Part shown: one piece after another, positions 37,717 to 48,285 of the stretch
How positions within the stretch are numbered: the stretch's first letter is position 1
Layout: the number at the start of each line of letters is the position of its first letter
Assembly: GCA_001783335.1 (NCBI GenBank)
Contig: MFLU01000010.1
Coordinates: 30,122 to 94,121, forward strand
Direction: 5' to 3'
Length of the DNA stretch: 64,000 nt
Source of the DNA: Candidatus Kaiserbacteria bacterium RIFCSPLOWO2_01_FULL_50_24
GTDB lineage: Bacteria; Patescibacteriota; Minisyncoccia; Phycocordibacterales; UBA2100
The notes under the pieces: generated by a model
Seen by the model: only the letters and a program-made list of their open reading frames with translations
Told to the model about the DNA's origin: nothing
The model's database searches: none
Translations under genes and position numbers: made by a program

Positions 37717-38856
37717 ATGAAAATCGTTCTCGTCGGAGGAGGAACAGGTGGACATTTTTACCCGCTTATTGCCGTTGCTGAAGCAATTGAGGAAATTGTG
37801 GAAGAGCGCGTTCTGATAGAGCCGGAAATCACCTATATCGGCCCCGCGCCGTTTGATGAAGTTGCGCTTCTTGAGCACAACATCACCTACGTCCACTCTT
37901 CGGCGGGAAAGATGCCGCGTGATTCAAAAATACCGAATCCATTCTTAATGCTCAAAATCGTATTCGGTACTGTCCACTCACTTATCCGTCTATTCCGACT
38001 CTATCCAGATGTGATTTTTTCTACCGGTGGCTATGCCGCATTTCCCACACTGTATGCGGCTCGTATCCTGAATATTCCAGTCATCATATACGATGCCGAT
38101 GCAACGCCCGGACGCGTATCATTGTGGTCTGCAAAATTTGCGCGCTGGATTGCGGTAGCACACCCAGAAGCGACGGAACATTTTCCGAAGTCGTTATACG
38201 AAAGAATAGCGAATACGGGGCATCCAATACGAAGAGCGATAGAGCATCCGGCGCCAGAGGGCGGACATGAGTTTTTAAAGATTGATCCTTCGGTTCCCTC
38301 TGTTTTTGTGCTCGGTGGTTCGCAGGGTGCGCAGGCAATCAACAGCGTTGTCTTGGATGCGCTCCCCACACTCTTGGAGCGCTATAATGTCGTACATCAG
38401 GCAGGCTCCGCGAATGTTGAGGAAATAAATGAACTCATATCCGTTATACTTAAGGACTCACCGCACCGAAATCGCTACCGCATATTCGGCCTTTTGAACA
38501 CACTTGCACTCCGCATGACCGCCGGCATCACCTCGCTTATTGTGTCGCGTGCGGGAAGCGGAGCCATTTTTGAGATTGCTTCATGGCGCATTCCTTCCAT
38601 AATTGTGCCGATTCCGACTGAAATATCACATGACCAAACAGAAAACGCTTTTTCATACGCGCGAGCTGGCGCCGCAGTAGTCATTGAACAGAGAAATCTG
38701 ACTCCACACCTCCTCACTGCAGAAATCGCGCGCATACTGGATAATGCGGAATTGCAGAATAAAATGCGGGAAGCAGCCGCGTCGTTCGCGCGGCCCGACG
38801 CCGCAAAAAAAATCGCTAAAATTCTCATTGAGACAGCTTTGGAACATGAAAATTAG
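37717..38856 (+). CDS. murG: lipid II GlcNAc transferase MurG
   Basis: GGGTGGH, TGGY, GGSQGA, SRAG, HDQ..NA. Confidence 0.96.
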   Translation: MKIVLVGGGTGGHFYPLIAVAEAIEEIVEERVLIEPEITYIGPAPFDEVALLEHNITYVHSSAGKMPRDSKIPNPFLMLKIVFGTVHSLIRLFRLYPDVIFSTGGYAAFPTLYAARILNIPVIIYDADATPGRVSLWSAKFARWIAVAHPEATEHFPKSLYERIANTGHPIRRAIEHPAPEGGHEFLKIDPSVPSVFVLGGSQGAQAINSVVLDALPTLLERYNVVHQAGSANVEEINELISVILKDSPHRNRYRIFGLLNTLALRMTAGITSLIVSRAGSGAIFEIASWRIPSIIVPIPTEISHDQTENAFSYARAGAAVVIEQRNLTPHLLTAEIARILDNAELQNKMREAAASFARPDAAKKIAKILIETALEHEN

Positions 38857-38894
38857 TAAGTAGAGAGTGGTTAATAGAAAGTGACCAATTATTT

Positions 38895-40196
38895 ATGCAT
38901 GTCATTACTCGCTTTCCGCCATCGCCGACCGGTTTTTTTCACATCGGGAGCGCACGCACGGCACTTTTCAATTATCTTTTTGCCAAAAAACACGGCAGTA
39001 CAATGCATCTGCGGTTTGAGGATACAGATAGGGATCGTAGCAAAACCGAATACGAAGATGATATTATTAGTGGACTCGCATGGCTCGGCATATCGTATGC
39101 GCCGGAAGTTACGCGGCAATCGGAACGGCTGGAAAAATACCGCCCGTACATCGCGAAACTTTTAGAATCGGGTGCGGCATACGAGGCCGAACCCTCGGAA
39201 GGCGACCCGGCAAAGAAGGCGGTGCGGTTCAAAAATCCGAACACGACGATTACGTTTTCCGACGCCATTCGCGGCGATGTGTCGTTTGATACAACCGAGC
39301 TCAAGGATTTTGTAATCGCAAAGAGTGTCGAAGAGCCGCTCTACCATCTCGCGGTCGTTATAGACGATCACGACATGGAAATTACTCATGTCATCCGTGG
39401 CGAAGATCATCTATCAAATACGCAGCGCCAAATACTTATAATGGAAGCGCTTGGTTTTGCACGCCCGGTATATGCGCACATGCCGCTTATACTTGGGTCG
39501 GATCGTTCAAAGCTGTCAAAGCGGAACTTTGCGGCTTCCGTAAACGATTATCGAATTTTGGGTTACAAACCAGAAGCGTTTCTGAACTACCTCGCCCTCC
39601 TTGGTTGGACCCCGCCTTCCGGAAAAGAGAAATTGTCGCTCGACGAAATGGTTGCGGAATTTGAACTCTCCGATATTCACAAGAGCGGCGCCATGTTTGA
39701 TATGGAGAAACTGAAATGGCTAAACCGTGAGTATTTACTTGAGATGCCAGAGCCGCTTTTTGAAGATGAGGTGCGCCAACGCACCAGTACGCTAGATTGG
39801 GAAATGACAAAAAAACTTACCCCTTTCGTGAGAGAGCGTATCCACACATGGTCCGACCTCAAAAATCTGGCTGGGGAATATGGATACTGCTATGCACCTC
39901 CGACTCTTGACCCTAAGGAAATTTCCGGAAAAAACACGGACGCGGAAGGCGCCGCGCGGCATCTTGAAGAACTCGGCCACATGTTAAAAACAGCATCTTT
40001 CGAAAATGCTGATTCAGTGAAAACGGCTGTTTGGGACTACGCAACAAAAGAGGGTAGGGGGGCGGTCTTGTGGCCTCTGCGCTACGCGCTTTCCGGCCGC
40101 ACTCGCTCACTTGATCCGTTTGCTATTGCGACAATACTCGGCAAAGAGAAAACACTTAAACGCATAGACGTGGCGCTTGATATACTGAAAGAATGA
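38895..40196 (+). CDS. gltX: glutamate--tRNA ligase
   Basis: RFPPSPTG, HIGS, HVIRGEDH, KLSKR. Confidence 0.96.
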   Translation: MHVITRFPPSPTGFFHIGSARTALFNYLFAKKHGSTMHLRFEDTDRDRSKTEYEDDIISGLAWLGISYAPEVTRQSERLEKYRPYIAKLLESGAAYEAEPSEGDPAKKAVRFKNPNTTITFSDAIRGDVSFDTTELKDFVIAKSVEEPLYHLAVVIDDHDMEITHVIRGEDHLSNTQRQILIMEALGFARPVYAHMPLILGSDRSKLSKRNFAASVNDYRILGYKPEAFLNYLALLGWTPPSGKEKLSLDEMVAEFELSDIHKSGAMFDMEKLKWLNREYLLEMPEPLFEDEVRQRTSTLDWEMTKKLTPFVRERIHTWSDLKNLAGEYGYCYAPPTLDPKEISGKNTDAEGAARHLEELGHMLKTASFENADSVKTAVWDYATKEGRGAVLWPLRYALSGRTRSLDPFAIATILGKEKTLKRIDVALDILKE

Positions 40197-41569
40197 CGCC
40201 AAAGTACAAAAAACACAGATTGCACAAAGTACGAACAAAATACAGAGCACAGGAACCGAAAACGCAAACGAATACAAGCAGTTTGTGCTTTGTGTTTTTA
40301 ATCGTTTGTGTTTTGTTTGTGTCCTGGTTCCTGTACTTTTTGCTTTTCGCCACAGTTTCAGCGCAAACGCGGGAAGAACTTGAGAGCGACATTGCTAAAT
40401 ACAACAAGCAGATAGAAGAACTGGATAAAGAAATCGCCCAGTACGAGCGTGAGCTCACAGAGATAGGCACACAAAAGCAAACGCTTCAGAGCATCGTTGA
40501 CGGACTGGATCTTCAGAGAAGACAGCTCCAAGTAAAAATACGCTCCACGAGAAGTAAAATAGGTACATTAGAACTTGAAATAGAACGACTGGACGAAAAC
40601 ATCGGAAACAAAGAGGTTCTTATAGGACACGGCATGGAAGCGCTCGGAGAGACCATACGCTCCATAGACCGCGCTGATCGTCAGAGTTTTGTGGAAACGG
40701 TGCTTGGCGGAGGCACTGTAACGTCGTTGTGGGACGCCGTGGAGACCGTGCAGAAAGTCCAGCTTGCCGTGCGGGAGAATATCACCGCGCTAATGCGCGC
40801 CAAAGAATCTCTGGCCGAAAACCGCACCGTCTCCGAAAAGAAACACTCCGAACTTTCTGCAGAAAGAAGAACGCTTTCCTCGCAAGAGCAGTCATTGGCC
40901 ATCACCGCACGAGAGCAGAAGAATCTCCTGGATGACACGAAGTCGCAGGAGTCCGCGTATCAGGCCACCGTGGAGCAGAAACAAGCGGAAAAAGTGGCGT
41001 TTGAAGCCGCGCTTTTTGAACTCGCATCCGCACTTGAATACACATTTGACCCAAGCCGTATTCCACCGCCAGGCAAGGGAATTCTACGCTGGCCTCTGGA
41101 CAACGTTTTCGTCACACAAGAATTCGGAAAAACATCTTCTTCTGGACGTCTTTACGTTTCGGGCACTCATGACGGTGTGGACTTTCGCACAAAGACGTCC
41201 TCTAATCCTTCTGGGATAGGAACGCCAATAAAGGCCGCACTTTCTGGAATCGTTCTGGAGGTAAATCACGGCGCGGTGCCTTATTGTCAGTATGGAAAAT
41301 GGATACTTATACGCCACAGTAACAATTTAACAACTCTTTACGCACATCTTTCAGACATCGCCGTAAAAAAAGATAGCACTGTCGCAACAGGTGAAATCAT
41401 AGGATACTCAGGTAATAGTGGCTATGCGACCGGTCCGCATCTCCACTTCACCGTGTACGCATCAGATGCGCTATCTTTCAGGGACCACAAATGTAACAGT
41501 GGCAAAACCGTCGCCATCCCCATCGCCGCGCCGACAGGATACCTGAATCCGTTAGATTATTTGAATTAA
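40193..41569 (+). CDS. coiled-coil plus M23 peptidase (EnvC-like architecture)
   Basis: Signal peptide, long coiled coil, HDGVD, YAHL, TGPHLHF. Confidence 0.92.
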   Translation: MTPKYKKHRLHKVRTKYRAQEPKTQTNTSSLCFVFLIVCVLFVSWFLYFLLFATVSAQTREELESDIAKYNKQIEELDKEIAQYERELTEIGTQKQTLQSIVDGLDLQRRQLQVKIRSTRSKIGTLELEIERLDENIGNKEVLIGHGMEALGETIRSIDRADRQSFVETVLGGGTVTSLWDAVETVQKVQLAVRENITALMRAKESLAENRTVSEKKHSELSAERRTLSSQEQSLAITAREQKNLLDDTKSQESAYQATVEQKQAEKVAFEAALFELASALEYTFDPSRIPPPGKGILRWPLDNVFVTQEFGKTSSSGRLYVSGTHDGVDFRTKTSSNPSGIGTPIKAALSGIVLEVNHGAVPYCQYGKWILIRHSNNLTTLYAHLSDIAVKKDSTVATGEIIGYSGNSGYATGPHLHFTVYASDALSFRDHKCNSGKTVAIPIAAPTGYLNPLDYLN

Positions 41570-41589
41570 AATATCGTGCAGACAAGATT

Positions 41590-41698
41590 TATATTTCACT
41601 CGTTCCGCTTCGCCGGTAAACAAACTTACGTCTTGTTTTCCGGCTCCTCGGCTCGGAAATATAAAAGCTTTTTTATATTTCACTCGCCCTACGTCGCC
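41590..41698 (-). repeat. structured element homologous to 59386-59525
   Basis: GGCGACRTAGRGCGAGTGAAAT-hairpin-ATTTCCGAGCCGAG-hairpin. Confidence 0.65.
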
Positions 41699-42341
41699 GG
41701 TAGCGCGAGGTGCGAACGCGCCAATCAACGAGGCCCATTGCGCGCCGCTCGGTATAGGACACCGGTCGCAAACAAATATTTTTGGCAGGGGAAGGGAAGT
41801 GGGGCGCGTTGTCCAACGCTTCTGCAAGCCAGTTCAGATCTTCCTCCGTCGTAACCCACGAAGCAATGTCAAAGCGCAAGATACTAAACGGTTTTGAAAA
41901 ACATGTGAGTGTCTTTTTTCCTCTGTCCGGCAAAAAGTACTCATTGAAGTAGGACATGCCGAGCTCGTGCGGCGTTTTATATATTGGATCACGGTAGCGC
42001 AAAAACGCGCGATTCGTTTTGCTGACTGCGCCCCATTTGCCTCGCTCGCGGAAAAGAGTAACCACGTGATCGTAGTCATCAAGAGTCGCTTGAAAGTCCA
42101 TCAGGTAGGGGACTCGGCCGTGGTAAAGAAAGGCAGCGGCCGCCAAAAATGCGCCCTCTATACAATGTGCTGTCTTTTTACGCATCACAAGACGTGGCGA
42201 CATGCATGTCTCGCGCGCATATTCAAAGTTGATTGGTAACGTATCTAAATAATCCTGAATCCTCTGTGAGGAGGAGAGGGGAGAGAGGACATGATGTTCT
42301 TGCGGTGTCAAGAGAGCATGTATGCGCTCGCGGTAGGTCAT
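41673..42341 (-). CDS. hypothetical protein, transglutaminase-like Cys-His fold suspected
   Basis: AHCIEGA, DHVV, WGAVSK, RYRDPIY. Confidence 0.75.
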   Translation of the reverse strand: MTYRERIHALLTPQEHHVLSPLSSSQRIQDYLDTLPINFEYARETCMSPRLVMRKKTAHCIEGAFLAAAAFLYHGRVPYLMDFQATLDDYDHVVTLFRERGKWGAVSKTNRAFLRYRDPIYKTPHELGMSYFNEYFLPDRGKKTLTCFSKPFSILRFDIASWVTTEEDLNWLAEALDNAPHFPSPAKNICLRPVSYTERRAMGLVDWRVRTSRYRRRRASEI

Positions 42342-42508
42342 AGTTCCCAGTATAACGTAGCTTCATGGTGATATCGCGTAGCCGAGATTGAAATACTTGA
42401 CATGTGTGTTGTAATAATAAGCCAAAAGTTCGTACCTGTGGATAACTTTTTGAGGAGGGGCGGGGGGTTCCTCTCAATAAGGATTCTGTATGCTATACTG
42501 GTTTTTGT

Positions 42509-42736
42509 ATGAGAAGTGGGACATTCGATCTGGTATTCTATACCGTCGCCATTATCGTTGCTAACATACTCTACATCCAATACGGTGCTCTCTCTTGGAA
42601 GGCTGCACTCTTCGGCATGGTCACGTATGTAGTTTTGGCCGTTGCGTATGAAATCTTGGCCTACTTAAAGCACTGGAAGCACCTGCCCACAGGTCGCGCC
42701 GTTGAAAGCATTATCGTCCTCCTACTGCCGCACTAG
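42509..42736 (+). CDS. small membrane protein
   Basis: Two TM segments; TGCTATACT upstream. Confidence 0.6.
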   Translation: MRSGTFDLVFYTVAIIVANILYIQYGALSWKAALFGMVTYVVLAVAYEILAYLKHWKHLPTGRAVESIIVLLLPH

Positions 42737-42821
42737 CCGAGTCATCGCATGTCAGGCGCTATCTTTAGTGACCCCTGCTTTATGGGTCAGAAAAGATATA
42801 TTGTGCGACGTTAAATATATT

Positions 42822-43322
42822 CTATTCGCGCTTCTCCCCCGCCTCTAAATATACGGCCCCTAGTGCATTTTTAAGAACATCTAAAGATGTATATAATCGC
42901 TTTGATGCGCGTGTTTCGGGACCTCCAGAGAGCTCTATAGCCTCCTCTTGTGACACGAAGCGACATTCTTCTATTTCATCCTCACCGCATTTGACCTTGC
43001 GCTGCTCTTCTGGCATCACTTCCCCACCAAAAAATGTAAATTGAATGCGGTCACCAAACGAATCGTCTTTCGGCACGTAGTGAACACACAGTAACGACAG
43101 TTTTTTAAGCGTTAAGCCAGCCTCTTCCAATACCTCGCGTTTGCATGCGTCGTGTGGCGATTCGTCTGCATCAACCAAGCCGCCGGGCAAAGACCAATGC
43201 TTCTTATAGTGTGCTTTTACGAGTAGGAGCTTTCCATGCTCGTCAAAAATTATTGCGCCTGAGGAAATCGGCTTTTTGGGCAGCGTCTTGTAAAATTCAT
43301 TCGGCGGTAGAAATACACCCAT
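42822..43322 (-). CDS. Nudix hydrolase
   Basis: PGGLVDADESPHDACKREVLEEAG. Confidence 0.9.
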   Translation of the reverse strand: MGVFLPPNEFYKTLPKKPISSGAIIFDEHGKLLLVKAHYKKHWSLPGGLVDADESPHDACKREVLEEAGLTLKKLSLLCVHYVPKDDSFGDRIQFTFFGGEVMPEEQRKVKCGEDEIEECRFVSQEEAIELSGGPETRASKRLYTSLDVLKNALGAVYLEAGEKRE

Positions 43323-43391
43323 CAGTGCATTGTACTCTTTAAAAAAAGAACGACCACCCACGGTTTACCGAGATGATCGCTACGATTTTTC

Positions 43392-43667
43392 TTAAGGGCC
43401 ATATCCCCCGAGGTCGAGGGAGTGGAAATTGTCAAGAGCGCGCAAATGCCGCCCTTTTTCTTTTTCAGGCAACTCGGGCTCCCGCCCCTTCAATTCTTGC
43501 GCATGTTCTCTGAGAAACTGTGCTGCAGCGACCGGACTATCAGTGTCTAAAAGTGCTTCCAGCGCCTTAGACCAGTTCTCCCCTCCGACACCACACACTT
43601 TGTCACGCAGTTTGTAAAACAGATCGTACGCGTGATGCGGAATACCACCGAGCTTGAATTTGCTCAT
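43392..43667 (-). CDS. hypothetical protein
   Basis: SD AGGAG; plausible ORF. Confidence 0.6.
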   Translation of the reverse strand: MSKFKLGGIPHHAYDLFYKLRDKVCGVGGENWSKALEALLDTDSPVAAAQFLREHAQELKGREPELPEKEKGRHLRALDNFHSLDLGGYGP

Positions 43668-43756
43668 CCCGTCTTCTCCTATCCTAAGTTCCCTACCCCA
43701 CAGATTACATTAACATGTTCTATGTTGGTGTCAATCACGGTAACGTCACAGTAACG

Positions 43757-44263
43757 TCACCATCGCCCGCGCTCATTTCGCACACCTGCGCAGTATGCCT
43801 CTATTCTTCTACGATTCGCTGGAGACGTCGTATCCGGCAAGTTATCAAAAGCAAAAATGCCGCGCTGCATAATCTCCCCGTTAGGGACAAATTTTATACT
43901 TCCGTCGTAGTCATTCGTAAACAGCACTTGAACGATGTCGTGCTTTCCGAGCGCTCCCTCATACACACCCAGCTCACCGGTAAAGTTGTTTACTATATAA
44001 CCGGTTTCTTCGCGCACCTCACGCTTTCCAGCGGCTTCCGGTGACTCGCCCGCGTCAACCGCGCCACCGGGGAGAGTCCACACTCCAGGAGCAAACCAGT
44101 GCCGCACAAGCACAACTCTCCCATCTCGCTCCAAAATCACACGCACGCCGTGTATTTGTTCTTGCCCACCGAACCAGCGTAGAAGCACGTAACGCCCAGC
44201 GTGCGCAATAAACAAAATCGTTTGCGATATGAGTGCGCCAAGGCGCCTAAGTAGCCGCCGCAT
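43757..44263 (-). CDS. Nudix hydrolase
   Basis: PGGAVDAGESPEAAGKREVREETG. Confidence 0.9.
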   Translation of the reverse strand: MRRLLRRLGALISQTILFIAHAGRYVLLRWFGGQEQIHGVRVILERDGRVVLVRHWFAPGVWTLPGGAVDAGESPEAAGKREVREETGYIVNNFTGELGVYEGALGKHDIVQVLFTNDYDGSIKFVPNGEIMQRGIFAFDNLPDTTSPANRRRIEAYCAGVRNERGRW

Positions 44264-44314
44264 AAAGTCATCAGTAGTTATTGGCGTGAGCGAGTAGTGA
44301 TGTCCAACTACGTC

Positions 44315-44908
44315 TTATTTTCTCCAAGGAATTTCGTACTGTGTAAACTCCGGCAGTAATTTTCTACTGTACAGAAGGCGCGAGATGACTTCCGCGTGCG
44401 AAAGCGCGCCCGTCTGCGCATTGTGCGGCGTGGGTTCCATTGGAATACCACAATACACAAGGATGGCGTCCAGGTCCAGCGCCGAGCGGCGATGCGCGGT
44501 TGGCGGCTGAAGCCCTCTTTGGATCATATGCGTGTAGCAAAGCGTGTGAGCGTCAATCGTTCTAAATGCAAACGGCCACTCGGTATGCCCCGCGCGCTCT
44601 GCCGCCGCACTCAAGAAATCTCGATCAAAAGAAACGTTTTGCCCGGCGAGTGTTCGCTCTTCCAATTTTTCCGACCACTGTAAAAATGCATGAATGGTAT
44701 CCGCCTCGCTCGGCTTCGCGCTATCAATAATCTGTTCACGCGTAAAGCCGTTCACATCAAGCGACTCTGAAGATATGTGTGCACCGTCCCACACGCGGCA
44801 CTCTTCGTAAAATCTATTGTCCGGGTGTGCGAAATCCAAAGCGCCAACACTCACAATGGAGTCGGTTTTCGGGTCCAGCCCGGAGGCCTCAACGTCTACG
44901 ACAAGCAT
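44315..44908 (-). CDS. DEDDh 3'-5' exonuclease family protein
   Basis: DVEASG, GQN..FD, HNA; last Asp replaced by Gly. Confidence 0.85.
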   Translation of the reverse strand: MLVVDVEASGLDPKTDSIVSVGALDFAHPDNRFYEECRVWDGAHISSESLDVNGFTREQIIDSAKPSEADTIHAFLQWSEKLEERTLAGQNVSFDRDFLSAAAERAGHTEWPFAFRTIDAHTLCYTHMIQRGLQPPTAHRRSALDLDAILVYCGIPMEPTPHNAQTGALSHAEVISRLLYSRKLLPEFTQYEIPWRK

Positions 44909-44996
44909 AGCTTTTAGGTTTCAGTTATTAGCTTAATAGAAAACCATACATGTTATTTTCCCACACCTAGAAGCTAGAAGCTAGTACCTAGAAGCT
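44909..44996. repeat. family D heptamer element
   Basis: CCTAGAAGCTAGAAGCTAGTACCTAGAAGCT resembles 15208-15238. Confidence 0.7.
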
Positions 44997-45339
44997 ATTC
45001 CAGACCCTTACAATTCTTCGCCGGCCGATATCCCGCTTTTTGCGCCTCTTCCTCACTTTTGAACCACCGTTTATTCTGCTCCGTTATTTGTTTTGCGCCC
45101 GCGCACCACGGAAAATGATACGTGCTTCCATTCCGCGAACCAACCAAAAGTCCGCCCATGTTCATTGGTGGAAGCGCTTCCGCCGCTGTGGCATGTTGAA
45201 GTGACACCTGTGGACGCATTTCTTCTATCATGGAGAATCGCCCTAATCCGAACGACGCAAGCCCGACCAAAAGCACTACGAGCGGCACGCCCCATGTTCC
45301 AAGTATGTCATTCAAACGACTGGCGAATGAGGGAAACAT
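44995..45339 (-). CDS. membrane-anchored Ada-type metal-binding domain protein
   Basis: YHFPWC…F.SEEEA.KAGYRPAKNC. Confidence 0.85.
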   Translation of the reverse strand: MFPSFASRLNDILGTWGVPLVVLLVGLASFGLGRFSMIEEMRPQVSLQHATAAEALPPMNMGGLLVGSRNGSTYHFPWCAGAKQITEQNKRWFKSEEEAQKAGYRPAKNCKGLE

Positions 45340-45372
45340 TGCGATACTATATACCAACATTATACCTGCGTC

Positions 45373-45412
45373 ACATACACTAATTATTCACGACTGTGAA
45401 TAATTAGTGTAT
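45373..45412. repeat. long perfect inverted repeat
   Basis: CATACACTAATTATTCAC-GACT-GTGAATAATTAGTGTATG. Confidence 0.75.
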
Positions 45413-45461
45413 GAGAAAAGTGACAAAAAGACCCCGCTAATAACGCGGGGCCGACAAGATG

Positions 45462-45749
45462 TCAACAACGAGACGAGAGGGTTTTGCGATGCGTAACAAC
45501 ACCGTTGCGGTCAAGTACTTCTATAGCAACAACTTCACTCTCCAAAAAATCCCTCTGCTCGTCCGATATCTCCAGCATCTGGCATGCTATGGCTGAAATT
45601 TCGTAAATAATTGTCCCATCGTTCAAATGAACATTAACCAATTGGTACCCCATACCACTCTCTGGCATATCGGCTAACGCGCGTACGAGCACCCCGTCCA
45701 TCCTCAATTGCCTGATTCTAAAAGAAGCTGCCGATTTCCTATCGTGCAT
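45462..45749 (-). CDS. hypothetical protein
   Basis: PESGMGYQ.V motif, SD GAGG, downstream hairpin. Confidence 0.65.
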   Translation of the reverse strand: MHDRKSAASFRIRQLRMDGVLVRALADMPESGMGYQLVNVHLNDGTIIYEISAIACQMLEISDEQRDFLESEVVAIEVLDRNGVVTHRKTLSSRC

Positions 45750-46084
45750 GCAATTCCTCTCTTATTTTTTACCTGCCCGAGTGTACCTTGTATTTCAACC
45801 AAAAACAATCCGCCACAATGCGTTTTGCATTCCACGCCCCGAGCGGAGACGCCTGTTGCCCGAGAAAACATCGCGCACTAAGTATTTAAACGTGAAGACG
45901 TTGCCGCAGTAGTGATGTGCTCCCACGCCACCACAAAATACGATATTCGGCGCGGATAACAGACGCCGGAGCGCTCCCCTTGCAATTCAAGACGTTCTTG
46001 TGTATCTTTGTTATAACTTCGGCGACAGAGCTTTTTATCTTCTCTAGAAGTTAAAAGCTGACCGCAAGAAGTCATTCAACCAAT

Positions 46085-46357
46085 ATGGCAACAACAAAAG
46101 CTGGAGGAACAGCGAAGAATTTGCGCGATTCAAATCCGAAGTACCTGGGCGTTAAACGCGCTGACGGGCAAGAGGTTTACATAGGAGAAGTGATTGTGCG
46201 TCAACGCGGCACAAAAATCCTTCCGGGGAAGCACATCGGGGTCGGAAAAGACCATACTCTTTTTGCGCGAAAGTCCGGTGTCGTTAAATTTTCTACAGTG
46301 CGCAAAACAAACTTTGATGGTAATAGTGCTCGCCGAAAAATGGTGAGTATTGACTAG
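46085..46357 (+). CDS. rpmA: 50S ribosomal protein L27
   Basis: [25 protein letters not shown]. Confidence 0.97.
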   Translation: MATTKAGGTAKNLRDSNPKYLGVKRADGQEVYIGEVIVRQRGTKILPGKHIGVGKDHTLFARKSGVVKFSTVRKTNFDGNSARRKMVSID

Positions 46358-46368
46358 AGAGAAAAACG

Positions 46369-46394
46369 AAAACCGCCTTGTGAGGGCGGTTTTT
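46369..46394. terminator. bidirectional terminator between rpmA and rplI
   Basis: AAAACCGCC…GGCGGTTTT between convergent genes. Confidence 0.75.
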
Positions 46395-46449
46395 GGTATG
46401 GGAATGAGTCAGATCATTCCATCCAGACCTTGATTTCTGCTGTTCGTTG

Positions 46450-46902
46450 TCAAGTGCTAGTGCCGCCCTTTACCCGAATCTTGAGCTCGGCGCTGGATTT
46501 TCCAAGCCGCACGTGCACGGTTGATTCCCCCACTTTTCGCAAGGGTTCTGTAAAGGATATCGCGTCTGGCGGTATGGTGATGTCGAGTTCTTTTTTAATC
46601 TGTCCCGTTATCGCTTCTGGTGTCACGTGCTGATATAATTTTCCGAGTTTGTTCGCCGCTATTAAAATTGTTACCCTGGAACCGTCTAGCTGTGTTCTGA
46701 TCGCCGCCACCTCCTGCTCTCGTTTCTTCCGCGATTCTTCCACCGCTTTTTTCCACGCTTCATGCTCTGCAATTTTTTTCGGTGTCGCATGTTCGGCAAG
46801 ACCGCGTGGGATAAGAAAGTTAAGCGCATAACCATCCATAACATTCTTTATTACTCCTCTCTGCCCTACCCCACTTACGTCTTTCAATAAAATCACTTGC
46901 AT
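46450..46902 (-). CDS. rplI: 50S ribosomal protein L9
   Basis: MQVILLKDV…GYALNFLIP. Confidence 0.96.
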   Translation of the reverse strand: MQVILLKDVSGVGQRGVIKNVMDGYALNFLIPRGLAEHATPKKIAEHEAWKKAVEESRKKREQEVAAIRTQLDGSRVTILIAANKLGKLYQHVTPEAITGQIKKELDITIPPDAISFTEPLRKVGESTVHVRLGKSSAELKIRVKGGTST

Positions 46903-46954
46903 AGTTTTGGTATTTGATATTGTTATTTATTTGGAATTTGTGTTTTGTAATTTG

Positions 46955-48235
46955 TTATTTGCCAGTGAGTAGCAACTCAATGGCCGCCTCCATCTGCGGA
47001 TCGCGCTTCGCTTCCCTGTCTTCGTCAGAAATTTCCACCTCAACATCCGGCACGATGCCATCTTGCGGGATTTGCGCCCCATCGGGTCCGAGCCAACGCG
47101 CCACGGTAATCTTCAGTGCCGTTTCTGGAGTAATGTCCACCAATTCCTGCACTGAGCCCTTGCCAAAGGTGCTTTCTCCGACAAGTGTTGCTTTACCGTA
47201 ATGCTGGAGCGCCACGGCAAAAATTTCTGAAGCGGAGGCAGAGCCTTGGTCTATAAGAACAACCACTTTCAAATTGTTATTAAAAATATCGTACCCGCGA
47301 CTTCTGTGAACAATATTCCCTACATTTCCCCCGTAATCTTCTTCCACAACGATCTTTCCGGATGGCAAAAACCAACTCGCCATTTCCACCGCCGCCTCAA
47401 GATAGCCACCCGGATTGCCACGCAGATCAATGATAAGATTTTGTGAACCGGATTCTACGAATTCACGCAAGGCACTCCTGAAAAGCCCCGCAGAATTTGC
47501 CGAAAAATTCATAAGTTCAATAACAAACACGTCTTGTTTTGCTTCCTTGGAATCCCCGCTTTCCGTACTGATGGTTTGCTTTATGCGCTCCGTACTGATA
47601 GTGGGGATGTCAATGGTGTCGCGCGTAACGCTAATGTCGCGCGGCTCGCTCCATCCTTCGCGCACGACCGTAAGCACAACCACCGTCCCTTTCGGGCCAC
47701 GAATGCGGCGCACTGCTCCGCTAATGTCTAGGCCGCGTGTCTCGAGATGATCTATATGCGTAATTCTGTCGCCACTTTTTAACCCGGCACGTTCCGCAGG
47801 CGTCCCCTTAAGCGGTGACACCACTGTAAGCACCTGGTTGCGTACGGCAATTTCCATACCTACGCCCTCGAAACTTCCGTTCATGTCTTCGCCAAAAATT
47901 TGATTTTCAACGGGCGGCAAAAAGAAGGTATAGGGATCATCAAGCGAGTTCGCAAGGCCTTGTATCATTCCCCATACGCGAATCTCTTCAACACTTGCAG
48001 TGGTTGTCGGGGTTGAGGTAGAAACGGCAGCGGGAACAAAACGCTCGTCAATAATACGCCACGCCTTCCAGACTGGCGAAAAATTGACTCCTTCCGGCGG
48101 TGTCTCCGCTAACATCGCAAGAGAAACATCCGTGCGCGCACCCATTACCAAACCGATAGAGAAGCTGACCGCAGTAAGGCCCACCACACCAAGCACGAGA
48201 AGCGCGCGTCTATTGTGTTGTGATGTTTCTGGCAT
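46955..48235 (-). CDS. carboxy-terminal processing protease (S41)
   Basis: DPYT, PDZ domain, DLRGNPGG, SASASE, FGKGSVQ. Confidence 0.94.
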   Translation of the reverse strand: MPETSQHNRRALLVLGVVGLTAVSFSIGLVMGARTDVSLAMLAETPPEGVNFSPVWKAWRIIDERFVPAAVSTSTPTTTASVEEIRVWGMIQGLANSLDDPYTFFLPPVENQIFGEDMNGSFEGVGMEIAVRNQVLTVVSPLKGTPAERAGLKSGDRITHIDHLETRGLDISGAVRRIRGPKGTVVVLTVVREGWSEPRDISVTRDTIDIPTISTERIKQTISTESGDSKEAKQDVFVIELMNFSANSAGLFRSALREFVESGSQNLIIDLRGNPGGYLEAAVEMASWFLPSGKIVVEEDYGGNVGNIVHRSRGYDIFNNNLKVVVLIDQGSASASEIFAVALQHYGKATLVGESTFGKGSVQELVDITPETALKITVARWLGPDGAQIPQDGIVPDVEVEISDEDREAKRDPQMEAAIELLLTGK

Positions 48236-48285
48236 TCGAAGATTATATCAACGAATAACCGAGCATGGTAGGATTAATGCATCAT

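Noticed and set aside
37354-37720. Short ORFs in the ftsW-murG gap
   Set aside because: Overlapping weak ORFs with no clear start signals or motifs.
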